A stretch of 59,067 nt of DNA, the filler included, from Jimgerdemannia flammicorona (Eukaryota): the NCBI GenBank assembly GCA_003990765.1. It is 3 parts of 3 records of this genome, joined end to end, with 100 filler letters (N's around TTAATTAATTAA, not from the genome) between each part and the next. Parts side by side here need not be neighbours in the genome. Positions count along the whole stretch, not along the records: positions 1 to 19,626 come from RBNJ01001894.1; 2 more parts are not named here. One strand, given 5' to 3'. A model generated the notes under the pieces. The model was given only the letters and a program-made list of their open reading frames with translations. It was not told where the DNA came from and made no database searches. Positions within the stretch are counted from its first letter, which is position 1. Every line of letters begins with the position of its first letter. A program made the position numbers and the translations under genes. Positions 1 through 13,890 of the stretch are shown piece after piece.

Positions 1-869
1 GTCTGTAATAGTATAATATAGATTAGTAATTAGAAAATAAAGTGGAAGTCTAAGTAACTATAAAAAAAAATAAAATAAAAAAAAAAATAGATATATATAA
101 ATCTTCTAATTAGACCAATACTTTAAACTTATAAGAATGGAAGAAGATATGCAAGTTTAATTTGCTGTCACATTTCTTTGAGGAAATGCAGCCATCTGTT
201 GATATAATTATATTATAACTACTACTTTCTATTTGAACACAAAAATTCAAAACTGGAAATCTTTCAAGAAGATTCTCTACTAGTAGTTCAAGCCTACTAA
301 TACTACCAAACTAGCCTGAGATAAGCTAGCAAACATCAAGCAACTCAAGTCTATACAAAGTTACAATGTAGAATTTCTGTTAATTATACTTAAACTACTA
401 ATAATAGCTGAATATAAAAAGATAGACTTCTATATCTGAGATCTGAAAGAAAATACACAAGTCAAGGTTAAGCTAGAAGAGCCACAAACTCTCAATAAAG
501 CAATGAGAATTACTTTTTATTACCTTTGATAACTACTTTGAACCAGAATACTACAAGAAGAACTACTTCAAGAACTATCACAAAAACTAATCCAAAGTAG
601 TTAGTCTAGCACTAATAGATCTAGATACAATGAACAAAAAGAATAACAAGCTGACTCTAGAAGAGAAAGACTATCTGAAGAAATCTGGAGCTTATTTCTT
701 CTATCACCAAACAAAACACATTGCAATCAAATGTCCTAAGAAGACCAGTAAACCCTCAAGACCAGTCATTATATTGTCTAAAGATATATCTATCAACCCC
801 AATATCAGTCAATCTAAACTCAAGATCAAGAAGCTTCATTCAAAGGCCCAGGTCCCTCAATATCAATTA

Positions 870-1230
870 GAAGAAGCTATTGGTCTTGACCTACACTCTG
901 TCAAATAAGTCACTATTTTAGCCAAAAGTCAAACTCTGGTACCTACTGAAATTGTAGTTCAATGTCCTAAAAAACATTATACTAGAATTATATCATAATC
1001 AGAACTTAGTGTCAAATATTATTTAGATATTAGTACTGATATTATTAATTTAGACTATCAAGGATAAGTTCAAGTCTTACTTATCAATTAGAAGGATCAA
1101 GACTATATAGTCAAGGAAGGAGACTGAGTTGTACAAATGGTCCTAGAAAAAGCTAGTCAATCCAAGATCACAGAAGTCTAAGAACTATCTAAAACTAAGT
1201 GAGATCAGAAAGATTTTGATAGTACTGATT
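870..1230 (+). pseudogene. dUTPase domain relic between gag and protease
   Basis: Translation AIGLDL..*SELSVK..STDIINLDYQG..EGD*VVQ..K*DQKDFDST fits dUTPase motifs I-V (AGxDL, RSG, GVIDxDYRG, GDRxAQ, RGxxGFGSTG) after C->T/G->A decay. Confidence 0.88.
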
Positions 1231-2030
1231 AAGTAGTAAGTCTTATTAAAAACTGAGCTCAATTAATACTTATTTTCAAAGATCTAGTTAAGGAAAAAAA
1301 AGTTCAAATACTCATAGACAGCAGAGCTGTAGGAAACTTCATCAATCAGAATCTTATTGAAAACCTCAAGATTCTTACCAAGCTTGTATCTAAGAATAAT
1401 AGCATAGTTACTATAGATGATACACTATATTCTATTTAGTCAATTGCTGCCAAACTACTCATTAAGATCCAGAAATATTAAGAATAAGTAGACTTCAAGA
1501 TTGTACTACTAGGAGATCATGATTTGATCTTAGGAAAACTCTGGCTCATGAAACACAATCTGAATATTGATTAGTATGAAAATGAAGTTACTTTACTTTA
1601 AGATAGAGTCAATATTACTATCAAGACAGATAAATCTGTGAACAAGACTCTAGTTGCAATATAGTATAAGAAAGTACTCAAGAAGATAATATATATCTTT
1701 ATTGTAATAGTCCATTCCAAGAAATAAGACAAGAAGCTATTAATCAATGAAAGTATCAAGTTATTACTTAAAGAATTCAAGGATATCTTTTCAGATAAAC
1801 TATCTGGTCTACTACCTATATGAGAAGTTGATTATGAAATTAAACTGACCCCAAAAGCTATACTACTCAAGAAATACATATACCATATATTATCTCTCAA
1901 AATTGAAATAATTAAGAAAAACTAGAAGAACTACTTACACAAAGAGCCATTTAACCAAGCAAGTCCCCCTATGGCTCACTAGTTCTATTTGTTAAGAAAA
2001 AGATAGTACTCTATAAATATATATAGTGTG

Positions 2031-3218
2031 ATGTACATAATTGACAATGGAGTACCGGTGACTGCTAAGATCAGACGACATAATGGTGTGACAATCATAG
2101 ACAGCCTGATCCATTAGGTGATCATCCCAAAAGAAGACAAGATGATCCAAGCCAAAATGAAGACCACATTATTTAAGGAACCATACTCCGCCTCAAGGAT
2201 TGGCACCAAAGAACCAAGTACCCACCACACAATGCCTCCCATTCGCTGAACCAACCAGACCTCCCGCCGCTCTACCCCTTTGCCTGGCCCAAAGACCCTG
2301 ATCTTTGAAGCTATCAAGAAGGCCATCTGGCACCCAGATACTTCTGAACACTTGAACTTCTACACTGAGGACCTTGGACACTTCATCAACTACCGGTATA
2401 TAATGACCCAACAGCTCAAAGACACTACCGAACGAATGACCCTCTGGCATGACTATGAAATTGGACACTGCCTTCGCAATGAGACTTAAGAAGGTGACCA
2501 GGAAGACCTTATTGCCGAAATGTTAACCACTAGCTGGCTAATCAAGAGAGCCCTCCGTGTCCATCAAATCTTCCGCCATATTCCCTGGGCTATAGTACAC
2601 TTGCAAGGAGTAATGGCTGGCAGCCTCTCCCGCCTTTCAACTGAAGATGCTGACTGGATAGAATCTGAAGTAGCTAATGCTATTGGCAGCAACTGCATCG
2701 CCGTAGGAAGCCAACAAACCGAACCTACTCAGCCAGGTTTCCACACCACCCCACTCTGAGACAACTATCAAGGTCACTTAATGAGTCTTATGGAGATATT
2801 TGAAGGACCATCCATTACCATAGAAGCACCCGTTGGAGCTACCCCAATCACCTACCACCTTGTCAGCCACAATTCACACCTCATCATTTGGGAACTGAAT
2901 CAAGAAGAAGCCCAAGAAGTTTCTGTCTTTAAAGAGGAGGCCCAAGAACTCCAAGGCCCTGCCCCTGAAGAAACCCCCTCTGACACTGAAACTGACGAGT
3001 CTTCAGAAGAAGAAGAGGAGCAACAGAGAGTCTACCAGTCCTCTGTCTGCATTCAAGCTGTTCAAGGGTTGGAGAATGTTGTTGAAGATGACTGGCCACT
3101 TTTCTACCCCCTCACCTCTTGGCCGGCGCTTCCCCCCTTTGAGGAGAGATATGATGAAGAAGAAATCACAACCCAGCAAGATTTGCCCACCACGGACGAA
3201 GGGTACTATTTCCTCTAG
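2031..3218 (+). pseudogene. ~395-codon ORF within the LTR (U3), unknown protein with acidic C-terminus
   Basis: ATG at 2031 and ORFs 2280, 2520 and 2781 share one frame, broken only by four stops (TAG, TGA, TAA, TGA), each explicable as C->T. Confidence 0.8.
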
Positions 3219-3239
3219 AGTCCTGCCCATCAGCTGTGA

Positions 3240-3935
3240 GAACCCAGCTTTTGTCAGCAAGTCCGTTTCCAGCATTGCTACCCAGTACCACCGTTTTCAG
3301 CATTTTGTCAGTAGGACCGAATTCAGCATTGCCACCCTCCACAACCATTTCTGGCAACAATCATCATATCATGTCAGCTCATCTGAATCCAGCATTGCTA
3401 CCCAGTACCACCGTTTCCAGCATTTTGTCAGCTCATCCGAATCCAGTGTTGCTATCCCCTATAACCCAATCCATAGTAAACAATAGCCTGCACCTCGCAT
3501 CATACAAACCAATAGCATAAGTTCGCCACAACATAGTATACCTTAGCCTTAGTCGCACCCCCTCCCCCATAGCTAGCAAACTTGTATAAATAACCCATAT
3601 TCTTAGAGTGAATAAACCTCAGCCAGATAGTTTTACAGAGAAAACACACTGCCTCCAAGAGACCAGATAAATTCTGAGAACAAGATAACAACCTAGAGCA
3701 ATAGATTGCTCGGAAGTTTGAGTTAAAGAATTTTCTCTTGCCATGGAAAGAAAATGTTACCCGACCACTACCATTCGAGACCCGAGACCCAGCCAAGGAT
3801 TCAAGACCAGACCGCCATTCGGACTGCCATTCGGACTGCCATTCGAGACCCGAGACTCAGCCAGGGATTCAAGACCAGACTGCCATTCGGACCGCCACCA
3901 TTCGACTGCCATTTGAGATTCAAGACCCGGAAAAC
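3240..3935 (+). repeat. Internal tandem repeats of the family 1 LTR flanking the TATA/polyA module
   Basis: Repeated ccagcattgctacccagtaccaccgttt.cagcattttgtcag (~3270-3430) and gccattcggact / ttcgagacccgagac units (~3770-3930). Confidence 0.75.
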
Positions 3936-6900
3936 CAAGAAACCCAAGGATACCCAGCCAAACAAGACCATAGCCTAAGACCCACCAAGATACTCGAACG
4001 ACCGCCAAAGACCCAAGTTATCCCGCCCTTTCAAGCTAAACAAGATGGACAAGCGAGCCGTTGACCAATTCCCGACCTACTGCGCCACGAACCATTTAAA
4101 GTCAAGACCATCGCTGAGTTTGCCGCCAAGTTAGCCGCTGCCAGGAGATTGAGCCGTACATTGAACCAGACCAAGAGACCCAAGGATACTTAGCTTAGGA
4201 AAGCCAGCACTATCGTCATTTACCTAACAAGTCAAGACAGACAAGTGAGCCGTCAACCTCCGTTTTCCCGCTATTATCGCACGAATCGAACGACCTGTCA
4301 TGTGACCATCGACCCACGAATGTCACCAATGCCTTCAGTTATACATCGCATGCTTCACCAAGTGGCACACATTGAGCCATGCAGTCGAAGTTCATTATAC
4401 ATAACCAAATGCCACAATAGACTATTATATACTCAATAAGCTTATAGTTAAGAACTGATATCCACTACTCTTGATTGATCAAATTTTTGATATTCTCAAG
4501 AATACCAAATACTTCACCAAGTTGGACCTTATGTCAGGATATCACTAAATCTGAATTAAGCTGGAAGATATCCCTAAGACTATATTCATGACTCCCTTTA
4601 GACTTTATGAATTTCTAGTTCTAGTATTTGGTCTTACCAATATACCTACTATATTCCAAACTCTCATGAATAAGATATTCAAGAACTAACTATTCATTTT
4701 CTTATTAGTATATCTTGATGATATTCTAATCTTTTGTACAACTAAAGAAGAGCATCTCAAATATATCTGAATAGTTCTGAAGATATTGTGAAAATATAAG
4801 CTTTATATAAAGCTCAAAAAGTATGAATTCTTCAAAGAATAAGTTAAATATCTTAGTTACATTGTCTCTGTATAAGGAATCTAAGTAGATCTATACAAGA
4901 TAGAGATAATTTAAGAATAGCCTACTCTATCAAATCTCATAGAACTTCAGTTCTTTCTTGGTCTAGTTGGCTACTACTATTACTTTGTCAGAAACTTCTC
5001 TAACATTGCTGAGCCACTAACTAATCTCATAAGAAAGATACCTTACTCTGATCACTATATACCCTAAATCTGGAACCTCTTCTGTCAATAAGTCTTTCAA
5101 GAACTCAAGAACTACCTGACTTATGCTTTAGTTCTAAATAATGCAGATCTAAGTCTAAAATTCACTATTACTACTAATATATCAAATTTTGCTATTAGAA
5201 CAATCCTATTATAAGATGATAGTAAAGGACATTACCCTATTGTCTTCAAGTTCTACAAGTTGATATCAGCTGAATAAAAGTTGGTTACTTATAAGAAGAA
5301 GCTACTAGCAATAGTATATATATACATTAGACTACTAGTGATACTATCTAGAAGATATTGAGTTTGATATCATTACTGACTATCAAGTACTCAAGTATAT
5401 CAATACTCAATCTACTCTATCATATCTATAAGCTAAGTGGAGTCTCAAGCTTCAAACCTTTAATCTAATGATTATCTATAAGCCTGATAAAATACTTATA
5501 GTATCAAATACCTTATCTAGACATCCAGACTTTGTCACAATTATGTAAGTTATCTTGATACCTGAATTTCTAGATCAAATCAGACAAGCTTACAAAGAAA
5601 ACACTGTTACTACTAGAGTTTTCTTGAATGAGCTCAAGGATATATATACTATTGAAGACAATCTGATCTACTATTAAGACCAAGTCTATCTATCTGATAA
5701 TATGAATCTATGCTATAAGATTCTATAAGAACACCATAACTTCTCTCTTGTCAGTTACCTTGGAATTGAAAAAACAGTTAAGAATATTCAACATCACTAC
5801 TATTGACTAAGTATAGTTAAGGAAATCAAGAACTATATTACTAGCTATAATCTCTATCAGCATAATAAGTCTACCAACTAAGTACCAGCTAGTTTGCTAT
5901 AACTACTACTAATTCTAACTAAGAAATTTAAGTAAGTTATAATAGACTTTATAACTTAACTACTATGAACTCAATTTGATGCTGATGCTATTATTATATT
6001 TATTGATCACTTGATCAAAACTATAGTTGCTGAACCAATTACTATCAATACTACTATACCTGTGATTGTAATAATCTTCTTCAAGTCTATCTTCTATCAC
6101 TATAGTCTATTATGAGTAATTATCAGTAATTGTAACCCCAAGTTTACCAGTTACTTTTGGTAAACTCTATTCAAGACTCTGAGAACTCAATTGACTATAT
6201 CTACTGCCTTTCACTCAAAAACTAATGGATAAACTGAGCATATGAACAGAACTCTAGAACAGATACTCAGAAACTATATTTCTTATAAGTAAGATAATTG
6301 GAACCATTACTTAACTTATGTAGAATTTGTATATAACAATGATGTCCAATCATCTACTAGTCTTTCTCTCTTTTGACTATTCTATAGTCAAGATTCCAAG
6401 ACTCTTACAAGTCTAGTCTCTTTTAAGAAAAGCAGCCAAATATAAGCTCTACTACTAAGAATCTTACAGACAAAATAGATGAACTACTCAAAATTACTAC
6501 TATAAACCTCCAGAAGGCTCAATAGTATTAAGCCAAATATACTGATAAGAAATGCTATAATATCACCTATACTATTAGAGATTAAGTTCTACTATCTACT
6601 GAGAACCTTAAGATATAATCTCAAGTCAACTATCTATTAAACAAATTCCAACCCAAATACATTGGACCCTTTGAGATTACTGAACAAGTCTCTGCATTCT
6701 CCTATTATCTCAAGTTACCTGAAACTATAAGAGTATACTCAGTCTTTTATATATCATATCTTAAGACCTAGAATCAGTCACCACCCTACTCTGGTCAAAT
6801 TTTTAAGCTATCTACTCATGTAATTATTAAAGACCATATCAAGTATAAAGTTGAGAAAATCCTTGACAAGTGAATCTGCTATCATTGTCCTGAATACCTG

Positions 6901-7374
6901 ATCAAGTAGATAGACTATCTTAAATATAATGCTACCTGAGAACTACTAGTTAATCTTAAAAACTCTTGAGACCTAGTTTAAGACTTTAAGGCAAAATACA
7001 TTACTCAATCTCTATAGTAACTTCCTTGGATTATTAACCTTATATATCAGAAGTTTACTTTGAGACCCTAGAATCAGTAGAATATCTAGTAAATAAGAAG
7101 TTTACCAAAATGAAGCTACTAGCTGGATTTGAACTTCTCTTAGTTAATTAGTCTAGTTAGGTCCTCTGTCTTATATAAGAATGGTCAGTCTTTATCAATA
7201 TGCTGATATAAGTTTGAGAAATTTTGGTTAAGTATATTTAGTCTTATGTTACCTAATCACTTAATAAAAATGTTAGTTCTTAAGAAGAGAGGGATATAAT
7301 AATTTCATAGTCATATTTTAGTCTTAGTACTTTTTTATATCTTTTTGCTAGTCTTTTCTTATCTTTTTCTACAT

Positions 7375-9222
7375 TGTAGTAGTGATCTCAGAATGATAAC
7401 ATCAGCACAGAAGACAGTAATCCCTTATAAGCCACCAGATTGGAGTACAGGAAGATCATATGGCATGACTCACTCAGGCTATGAGATGAGTAATGATGAC
7501 CAACTATGAGTCATTATGACTACAGTTTAGATATCTTGAGGAATATAAAAGAAAGATCAAGGAACCACAGTAGTAGTAATCAATAAGACTCACCAATTTC
7601 AAAATAGCTCAAAGACTTACCACAAATAAAATACCTGCTGCTTACCAAATCTTAAGGTCAAGGAACTACCAAGGTACCTCAGTTGAGGAAAGGATGTTTC
7701 AAGACATCAGAAGAGCTATGAGGACCTGCACAAGAAGAACTCCTAGTATCAACCTGGGCACTGGTGACCCTTATTACTATATTCTCTACCACCATGAAAT
7801 AGAAACAAGAATCACTATTACTACCAAATGCCTCCAAATATAGTAGGAGTATGAAATAGGAAACCTTTTCTGCTGGGAGTTTCCACAGGCCAGCCCTCAA
7901 GAATTACAAGATACCACTCTCATAGATATATGAGAAACAAGGACAGCTAAGAAGATTCATCAGATCTTCAGACATGTATCATAGTCGATCCCCAACTTAG
8001 AGTATGTTAGAGTCTCAGACTTCAGAGACTTGTCAGCCTACCATATCAATGTACTAGAAGCCAGGGTGGCTACAGAAGCCCAGTCCACTATCACCTTTAA
8101 TAGTGATGAAGTAGAAGACTTCTGGCATCCCATTCTCCAGAACAACCCAGATCAATTCCTACAAGGATTGATCTTAGTATTCCAAGGCCCAAGCATCTAG
8201 ATTAGATCTTTTCAAGACCCCATATTTGTCTCCTATTTCATGGAAGAGAACCTCATAGATTGGAGAGCCTCTGATTTCTCCACCAAACATGATGATGTCA
8301 TCAGCAATGATATCATTCCACACAATATATATAAAATACATGACCTATACAATGACAACAAGATGAACAAAATATTTACAGACCTCATCTTCTTCAAAGA
8401 CATCCTGACCTCTGATGAGGATGAAGCCTCTATGGTCTTGAACATTCTGCTCTAAGTTTCTTGGTTATGCTGAATTATGTCAGCACTCTTTTCCTGTGCA
8501 ACAGCTGTTCCTCCACCAGCATTCTGATGTAACTCAGAATTATTCCAGCACCATTTTTCTGTATCACCAAAATTATATCAGTATTCTGAACCTGTGCAAT
8601 CATCAGTACCAATACTGGAACTTAGCAGTTTTCTATATCCTGGCATTTTATTTTAGTTATTGGAATTTATATTTAGCTTTATATCTTAGCAATCATTGAA
8701 TTATATTTTGTATAAATACCCCTCTTATTTCCTCTGAAATAAAGTCATTTCCTCTTAGTGCAATATATACAATTCCTTACAAGCAATCTAAAGAGATAAC
8801 AAGATAGTTTAAAGATAAGAAGTTTGAGGACTATAAGATCTTGAGAAGGCACTCCAATAAGAACTTACTTATAACAAACTTGAGTTAGTCTAAGAGATAC
8901 ACCTTGAAGAGAATCTGATATATTTGAAGAACTCAGTGACCACTATATGATAACTTGGTACCCATTGGCTGGTAATTCAAGATGAATCCCTCACTTTCAA
9001 GCTGAAAAACAAACAACTACCACAATAACTACCCTGACTACAAGAGTCACCCCTGTAAGAATTCAAGACAAGATGGAAATGTATCTCTCTATATTCTATA
9101 AATATACTACTAAAGAGTCAATCCTGATCTTCATTGAAGACTTTGAACAATTCACCACCATATAAGCCCTTAGTGTGAATACACAATTGGCTCTTCTATC
9201 TGTCAGCCTCACTAGATCAGCT
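7375..9222 (+). mobile_element. Family 2 LTR (7375-8952) + PBS + start of gag, truncated
   Basis: TGT start inside the host 3' LTR; TATAAATA/AATAAA at ~8710-8745; PBS-like acttggtacccattggctgg at 8953; homologous to 9966-11519 and 11753-13279. Confidence 0.85.
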
Positions 9223-9229
9223 TTGGCTG

Positions 9230-11519
9230 TCTTGGAGGTAGGTGGAGATAGTTGTCTGTTTATAACTGTAATAGATATGATACTAGTTGACTTTTATGGC
9301 TCTATCTTAATACTAGTTATTTTCTATATTGAGTATTCAGTGGGATGTCTGGCAGTCTAATATCTCTGTACAAAGACCACTTTCTGATCAAGAATCAGAG
9401 TAGCTAGAGTAGACTGGATTGCTAGAACAATTTCAGAATGAACTCCTTTGAGGAAGGTTGAATCAGCTATTTGTTCCTTGAGAGTATCATCATAGCTAGC
9501 TAAGACAATCTGGTGGTAGATTTGGATATAGAATGAGTTAGGATCTATACTGATTCTCTGACAGATAGTATTGAATTGATCCTTGAGAGCTTGCTTGATC
9601 TCTTCAGTATAGTATGTAGTTCTGAGGAAGTTCTTCATATTGGCAAGTTTGGCTGCACTAGTATCAGCAATAGTAGCCACATTGAACTTATCTCTGGCAG
9701 GTCCTCTGAGGCTGACAGATAGAAGGACTAATTGTATATCTACAGTAAGAGCTTATATAGTAGTGAATTATTCAAAGTCTTCAATGAAGATCAGGATTGA
9801 GTCTTTAGTAATATATCCATAGAATGTGAGGGGATATATTTCTATCTTATCTTGAATTCTTGCAGAAGTGACTCTTGTAGTCAGAGTAGTTATTGTGATA
9901 GTTGTTTATTTTTTAGCTTGAAAGTGAGGAATTCATCTTGAATCACTAGCCAATAGGCACCAAGTTGTCATACATATAATGGTTGCTGAGTCCTTCAAAT
10001 ATGTCAGATTCTCTTCAAGATATATCTCTTAGACTAATCACAAGTTTGTTATAAGCAAGTTCTTATTAGAGTACCTTCTTAAGGTCTTATAGTCCTCAAA
10101 CTTCTTATTTTTAAACTGTCTTATTATCTCTTAGATTGCTTATATAGAACTGAGTATAAGTGAACTTAACTGACTTTATTTTAAAGGAAATAAGAGAGAT
10201 ATTTATATAAAATATAATCTAATGATTGCTAAGTTATAAAGCTAAATATAAATTCTAATAACTAAATAAAATACTAGAATACAGAAAACTATAGTTGTAA
10301 GTACAAATTCAAATATCTGTATAAATGGTTATATAAGTTCAGGATACTAGTAGATTTCAGTAGTATAGAAAAAGAGTACTTGAAGATTCAGGTATTACAG
10401 AAAAAGGATACTGGTAGAATTTAGTTATATAGGAAAAGAATGCTAGAAGATTTCAATATTACCAAGAACTTAGAGCAGAATATTCAAGACCATGGGGGTT
10501 TTATCTTTATCACTGCTAAAGAAAATGAGATCTATGAATGTTTTATCCATTTTACACATTTTGCATATTTCACATATGTCACACCAAATAACATTATCAC
10601 CAGTGACATTATCACATTCAGCAGGGGCTCTCTAATCTATAACATTCTCTTCCATAAAATAAGGAACAAATGTGGGGTCTTGGAGAGGTCTAACCTAGAT
10701 ACTGGGGTCTTGAAATACTGAGATCAATCCTTATATAAATTGATCTGGATTGTTCTGAAGAATGGAATACCAGAACTCTTCTATTTCATCACTATTGAGA
10801 GTGATGGTGGACTGGACTTCTGTGGCCACTATGGCCTCCAGTGCATTGGTATAGTAGGCTGACAGTTCCTTAAAGCCTGAGATTCTAGTATACTCTAAGT
10901 TGGAGATCAATCATAGTGCATGTCTGAAGATCTGATGAATCTTCTTAGCTGTCCTTATTTTATATATATTCATGGGAGTGGCATTTTATATTTCTTGGAG
11001 ACTAGTCTGAGGGAATTCCTGATAGAGAAGGTTTCCTATTTTATACTCCTACTATATCTAGAGGCATTCAGTAGCAATGGTGATCCTTGTTTCTATGTAT
11101 TTCATAGTAGTAGAGAATATAATGATAAGGGTCACTGGTACCCAGGTTGAGACTAGAAGTCTTTCTTATATAGATCCTCATAGCTCTTCTAATATCTTAG
11201 AACATCCTTTCCTAGACTGAGAGACCTTAGTGATTTCTGGACCTTAAGATTTAGTGAGTAGTAGGTATTTATTTGTAGTAAGTCTTTTGAACTATTTCTG
11301 TGAGCTTTGTTTGAGTTGCTGCTACTGTGATTTCTTGATCCTTCTTTTATATTTCTCAAGATATCTGTCTTATAATCACAATAACTCATAGTTAGTTATC
11401 ATTGCTCATCTTATAACCTGGGTGAGTTATGTTATATAATCTTCTATACTCCAATCTAGTGACTTATAAGAAAAGACTATCTCTTGTATTGATGACATTA
11501 TTCTGAGATCACTATTACA
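9230..11519 (-). mobile_element. Family 2 LTR (11519-9966) + PBS + partial gag, inverted relative to 7375-9222
   Basis: Reverse complement matches 7375-9222; PBS ttggtgcctattggc; gag-like ORF 9680-9357. Confidence 0.85.
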
Positions 11520-13890
11520 ATATATAACAGATGTAAGCATACTATATATCTATCATAAGTCATATATATTTGGACTATACTCAAATAATTCAGTATGAGT
11601 AAATGTAAATCTATCAGAACATTTATAGAGATATCTATGAGGTTAAGAAAGTCTGACACTATACCTAAATTCAATAATATCCCCTATTGGTAAGCTATAG
11701 GATTCCTTATATTATCTTATACTTGAGATGAGATCCAATATATCATATATAGTATCATGTAGTAGTTGCTGAGTCCTTTAAATATATATATCAGATTCTC
11801 TTCAAGGTATATCTCTTAGACTAACTATAAGTTTGTTATAAGCAAGTTCTTATTGGAGTGCCTTCTCAAGATCTTAGAGTCCTCAAACTTCTTATTTTTA
11901 AACTGTCTTATTATCTCTTAGATTGCTTGCATAGAATTGAGTATAAGTAAACTTGACTGACTTTATTTCAAAAGAAATAAGAGAGGTATTTATACAAAAT
12001 ATAATTCAATAGTTGCTAAGATATAAAGCTAAATATAAATTCCAATAACTAAATAAAATATTGGAATATAGGAAACTTTAGTTATAAGTACAAATTTAAG
12101 TATTTGTATAAATAGTTGTACAAGTTCAGAATACCAGTAGATTTTGATAGTATAAAAAAAATATTAGTAGAATTCAGTTATACAGAAAAAAAATACTAGA
12201 AGATTTCAGTGGTACCAAGAACTTAGAGCAAAATGTTCAGGATCCTGATGGCTTCATCTTCATTGCTATTATTAAGACTAGAGATCAGGGATAGGATGTC
12301 TTTGAAGGAAATGAGATCAGTGAATATTTCATCTATTTCATGTATTTTACATATATTGCCAATTAGCAGAATGATGTTATTACTGATGATATTATCATGG
12401 ATGATGACATCTCATTTGGTAGTAGTAGGGGCTCTTCAATCTATAACATTCTCTTCAACAAAATAAAGAACAAATGTGGAGTCTTGGAGAGGTCTAACCT
12501 AGATACTGGGGCCTTGGAATACTGATCTGAATTGTCCTGAAGAATGGGGTTCCAGAACTCTTCTACTTCATTACTATTGAGGGTGATAGTGGACTGGGCT
12601 TCTGTGGCCACTATGGCCTCCAGTACATTGGTATAGTGGGCTGACAATTCCTTGAAGTCTGAGATTCTAATATGCTCCAAGTTGGGAATTGACTACAGTA
12701 TATGCCTGAAGACCTGATAAATCTTTTTAGCTGTCCTTATTTCATATACATCCATGAGAGTAGTATCTTATATCTCTTGGGGACTGGCCTGAGAGAATTC
12801 CTGGTAGAGGAAGTTTCCTATTTTATATTTCTGTCACATCCAGAGGCATTTGGTAGTAATAGTGATTCTTGTTTCCATTTTATGATAGTAGAGAATATAG
12901 TAATAAGGGTCACTAGTACTCAGGTTGAGGTTAAGAGTCCTTCTTATGTAGATCCTTATAGCTCTTCTGATGTCTTGAAATATTCTTTCCTGGACTGAGG
13001 GGCCTTAGTGGTTCCTAGACCTTGAGGTTTGATGAGCAGCAGATATTTTGTTTATAGTAAATCTTTTGAACTATTTCTGTAAGCCTTGTTTGAGTTACTG
13101 CTACTGCAGTTTCTTAATTCTTCTTTTATATTTCTTAAGACATCTATCTTATAGTTATCATAACTCATCTTATAGCCTGAGTAAGTTATGCTATATGATC
13201 TTCTTGTACTTTGATCTAGTGGCTTGTAAGTAAAGACTATCTCCTGTGATGATATCATCATTCTGAAATCACTGTTACAATAGTTAACAAAGTGGTACAG
13301 TACTCACTCTGCTATGACAATTTATATTAGGTAGCAATCAAGTATATTTTTAAATATATCAAAGGTATAGTATACTATATACTATATTTAAGTAGTAATA
13401 ATAATAAATTAAGCAGAAGTACTATATATAAAACTATCTTATATATATAATATAGACTAAGTCAGTAATTAGTACTCTATAACTAGATACTTCTTTTAAA
13501 TTAACAAAAATAGAGTTATTTCATAGCAAATATATAAACAATCTTCAGTGGTAACATTATCTATAAGTGAAGTATTAAGCATTGTCTATGGTAATAAAGA
13601 AAGCTATATGACTTTGAGAACTATTAAAGAAGTTGGAATTTTCTCAAGAATAACACTCTATATTACTTTAATAAGATAATCAGTCTATGATTACTATGGC
13701 AAAGAACTCTATACACTATGCTAGAATAAAGTATATTGACATAGAGTATTATTTTATATAGAATATATAAAAAATAGTAATATATATCTAGAATATACTC
13801 TCATAGAATATATGATGGTAGATTTATTAACTAAAGCTCTTCTAAAGACTAAGTTTGATTTATATATATAAGAAATAAAACTTATAAGTA
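11520..13890 (+). mobile_element. Ty1/copia RT-RNaseH relic interrupted by a solo LTR
   Basis: Decayed copia motifs around the insertion (RPDIxYxVNKVxQY, AIKYIFKYIKG) and RNaseH DNQS..IKYIDIEYYFI..MMVDLLTKAL. Confidence 0.75.
11753..13279 (-). mobile_element. Solo LTR, family 2
   Basis: Full-length homology to 9966-11519; 4-bp TSD ATAG (11749-11752/13280-13283); copia frame continues across it. Confidence 0.88.

Larger units (their letters stand above)
2027..4416 (+). mobile_element. 2.39 kb solo LTR (family 1) inserted in the RT of copy 1
   Basis: TGTG...CACA termini, 4-bp TSD ATAG (2023-2026/4417-4420), host RT resumes on both sides; TATAAATA at 3585 and AATAAA at 3611; retains CpG, so younger than the host. 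Confidence 0.88.
1..7374 (+). mobile_element. Degenerate Ty3/gypsy chromovirus, copy 1 (gag-dUTPase-PR-RT-RNaseH-IN-chromodomain); 5' end outside window, interrupted at 2027-4416, 3' LTR (from 7295) cut at 7374
   Basis: Decayed motifs in order: gag, LIDSRAVGNFI (PR, ~1311), SPYGSLVLFVKKK (RT, ~1965), YLDDILI (~4710), RNaseH, HHCC/DDE integrase, YIGPFEI, chromodomain KYKVEKILDK..EYLIK (~6840), PPT aagaagagaggga before 7295. Colinear with 45590-51660. Confidence 0.93.
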
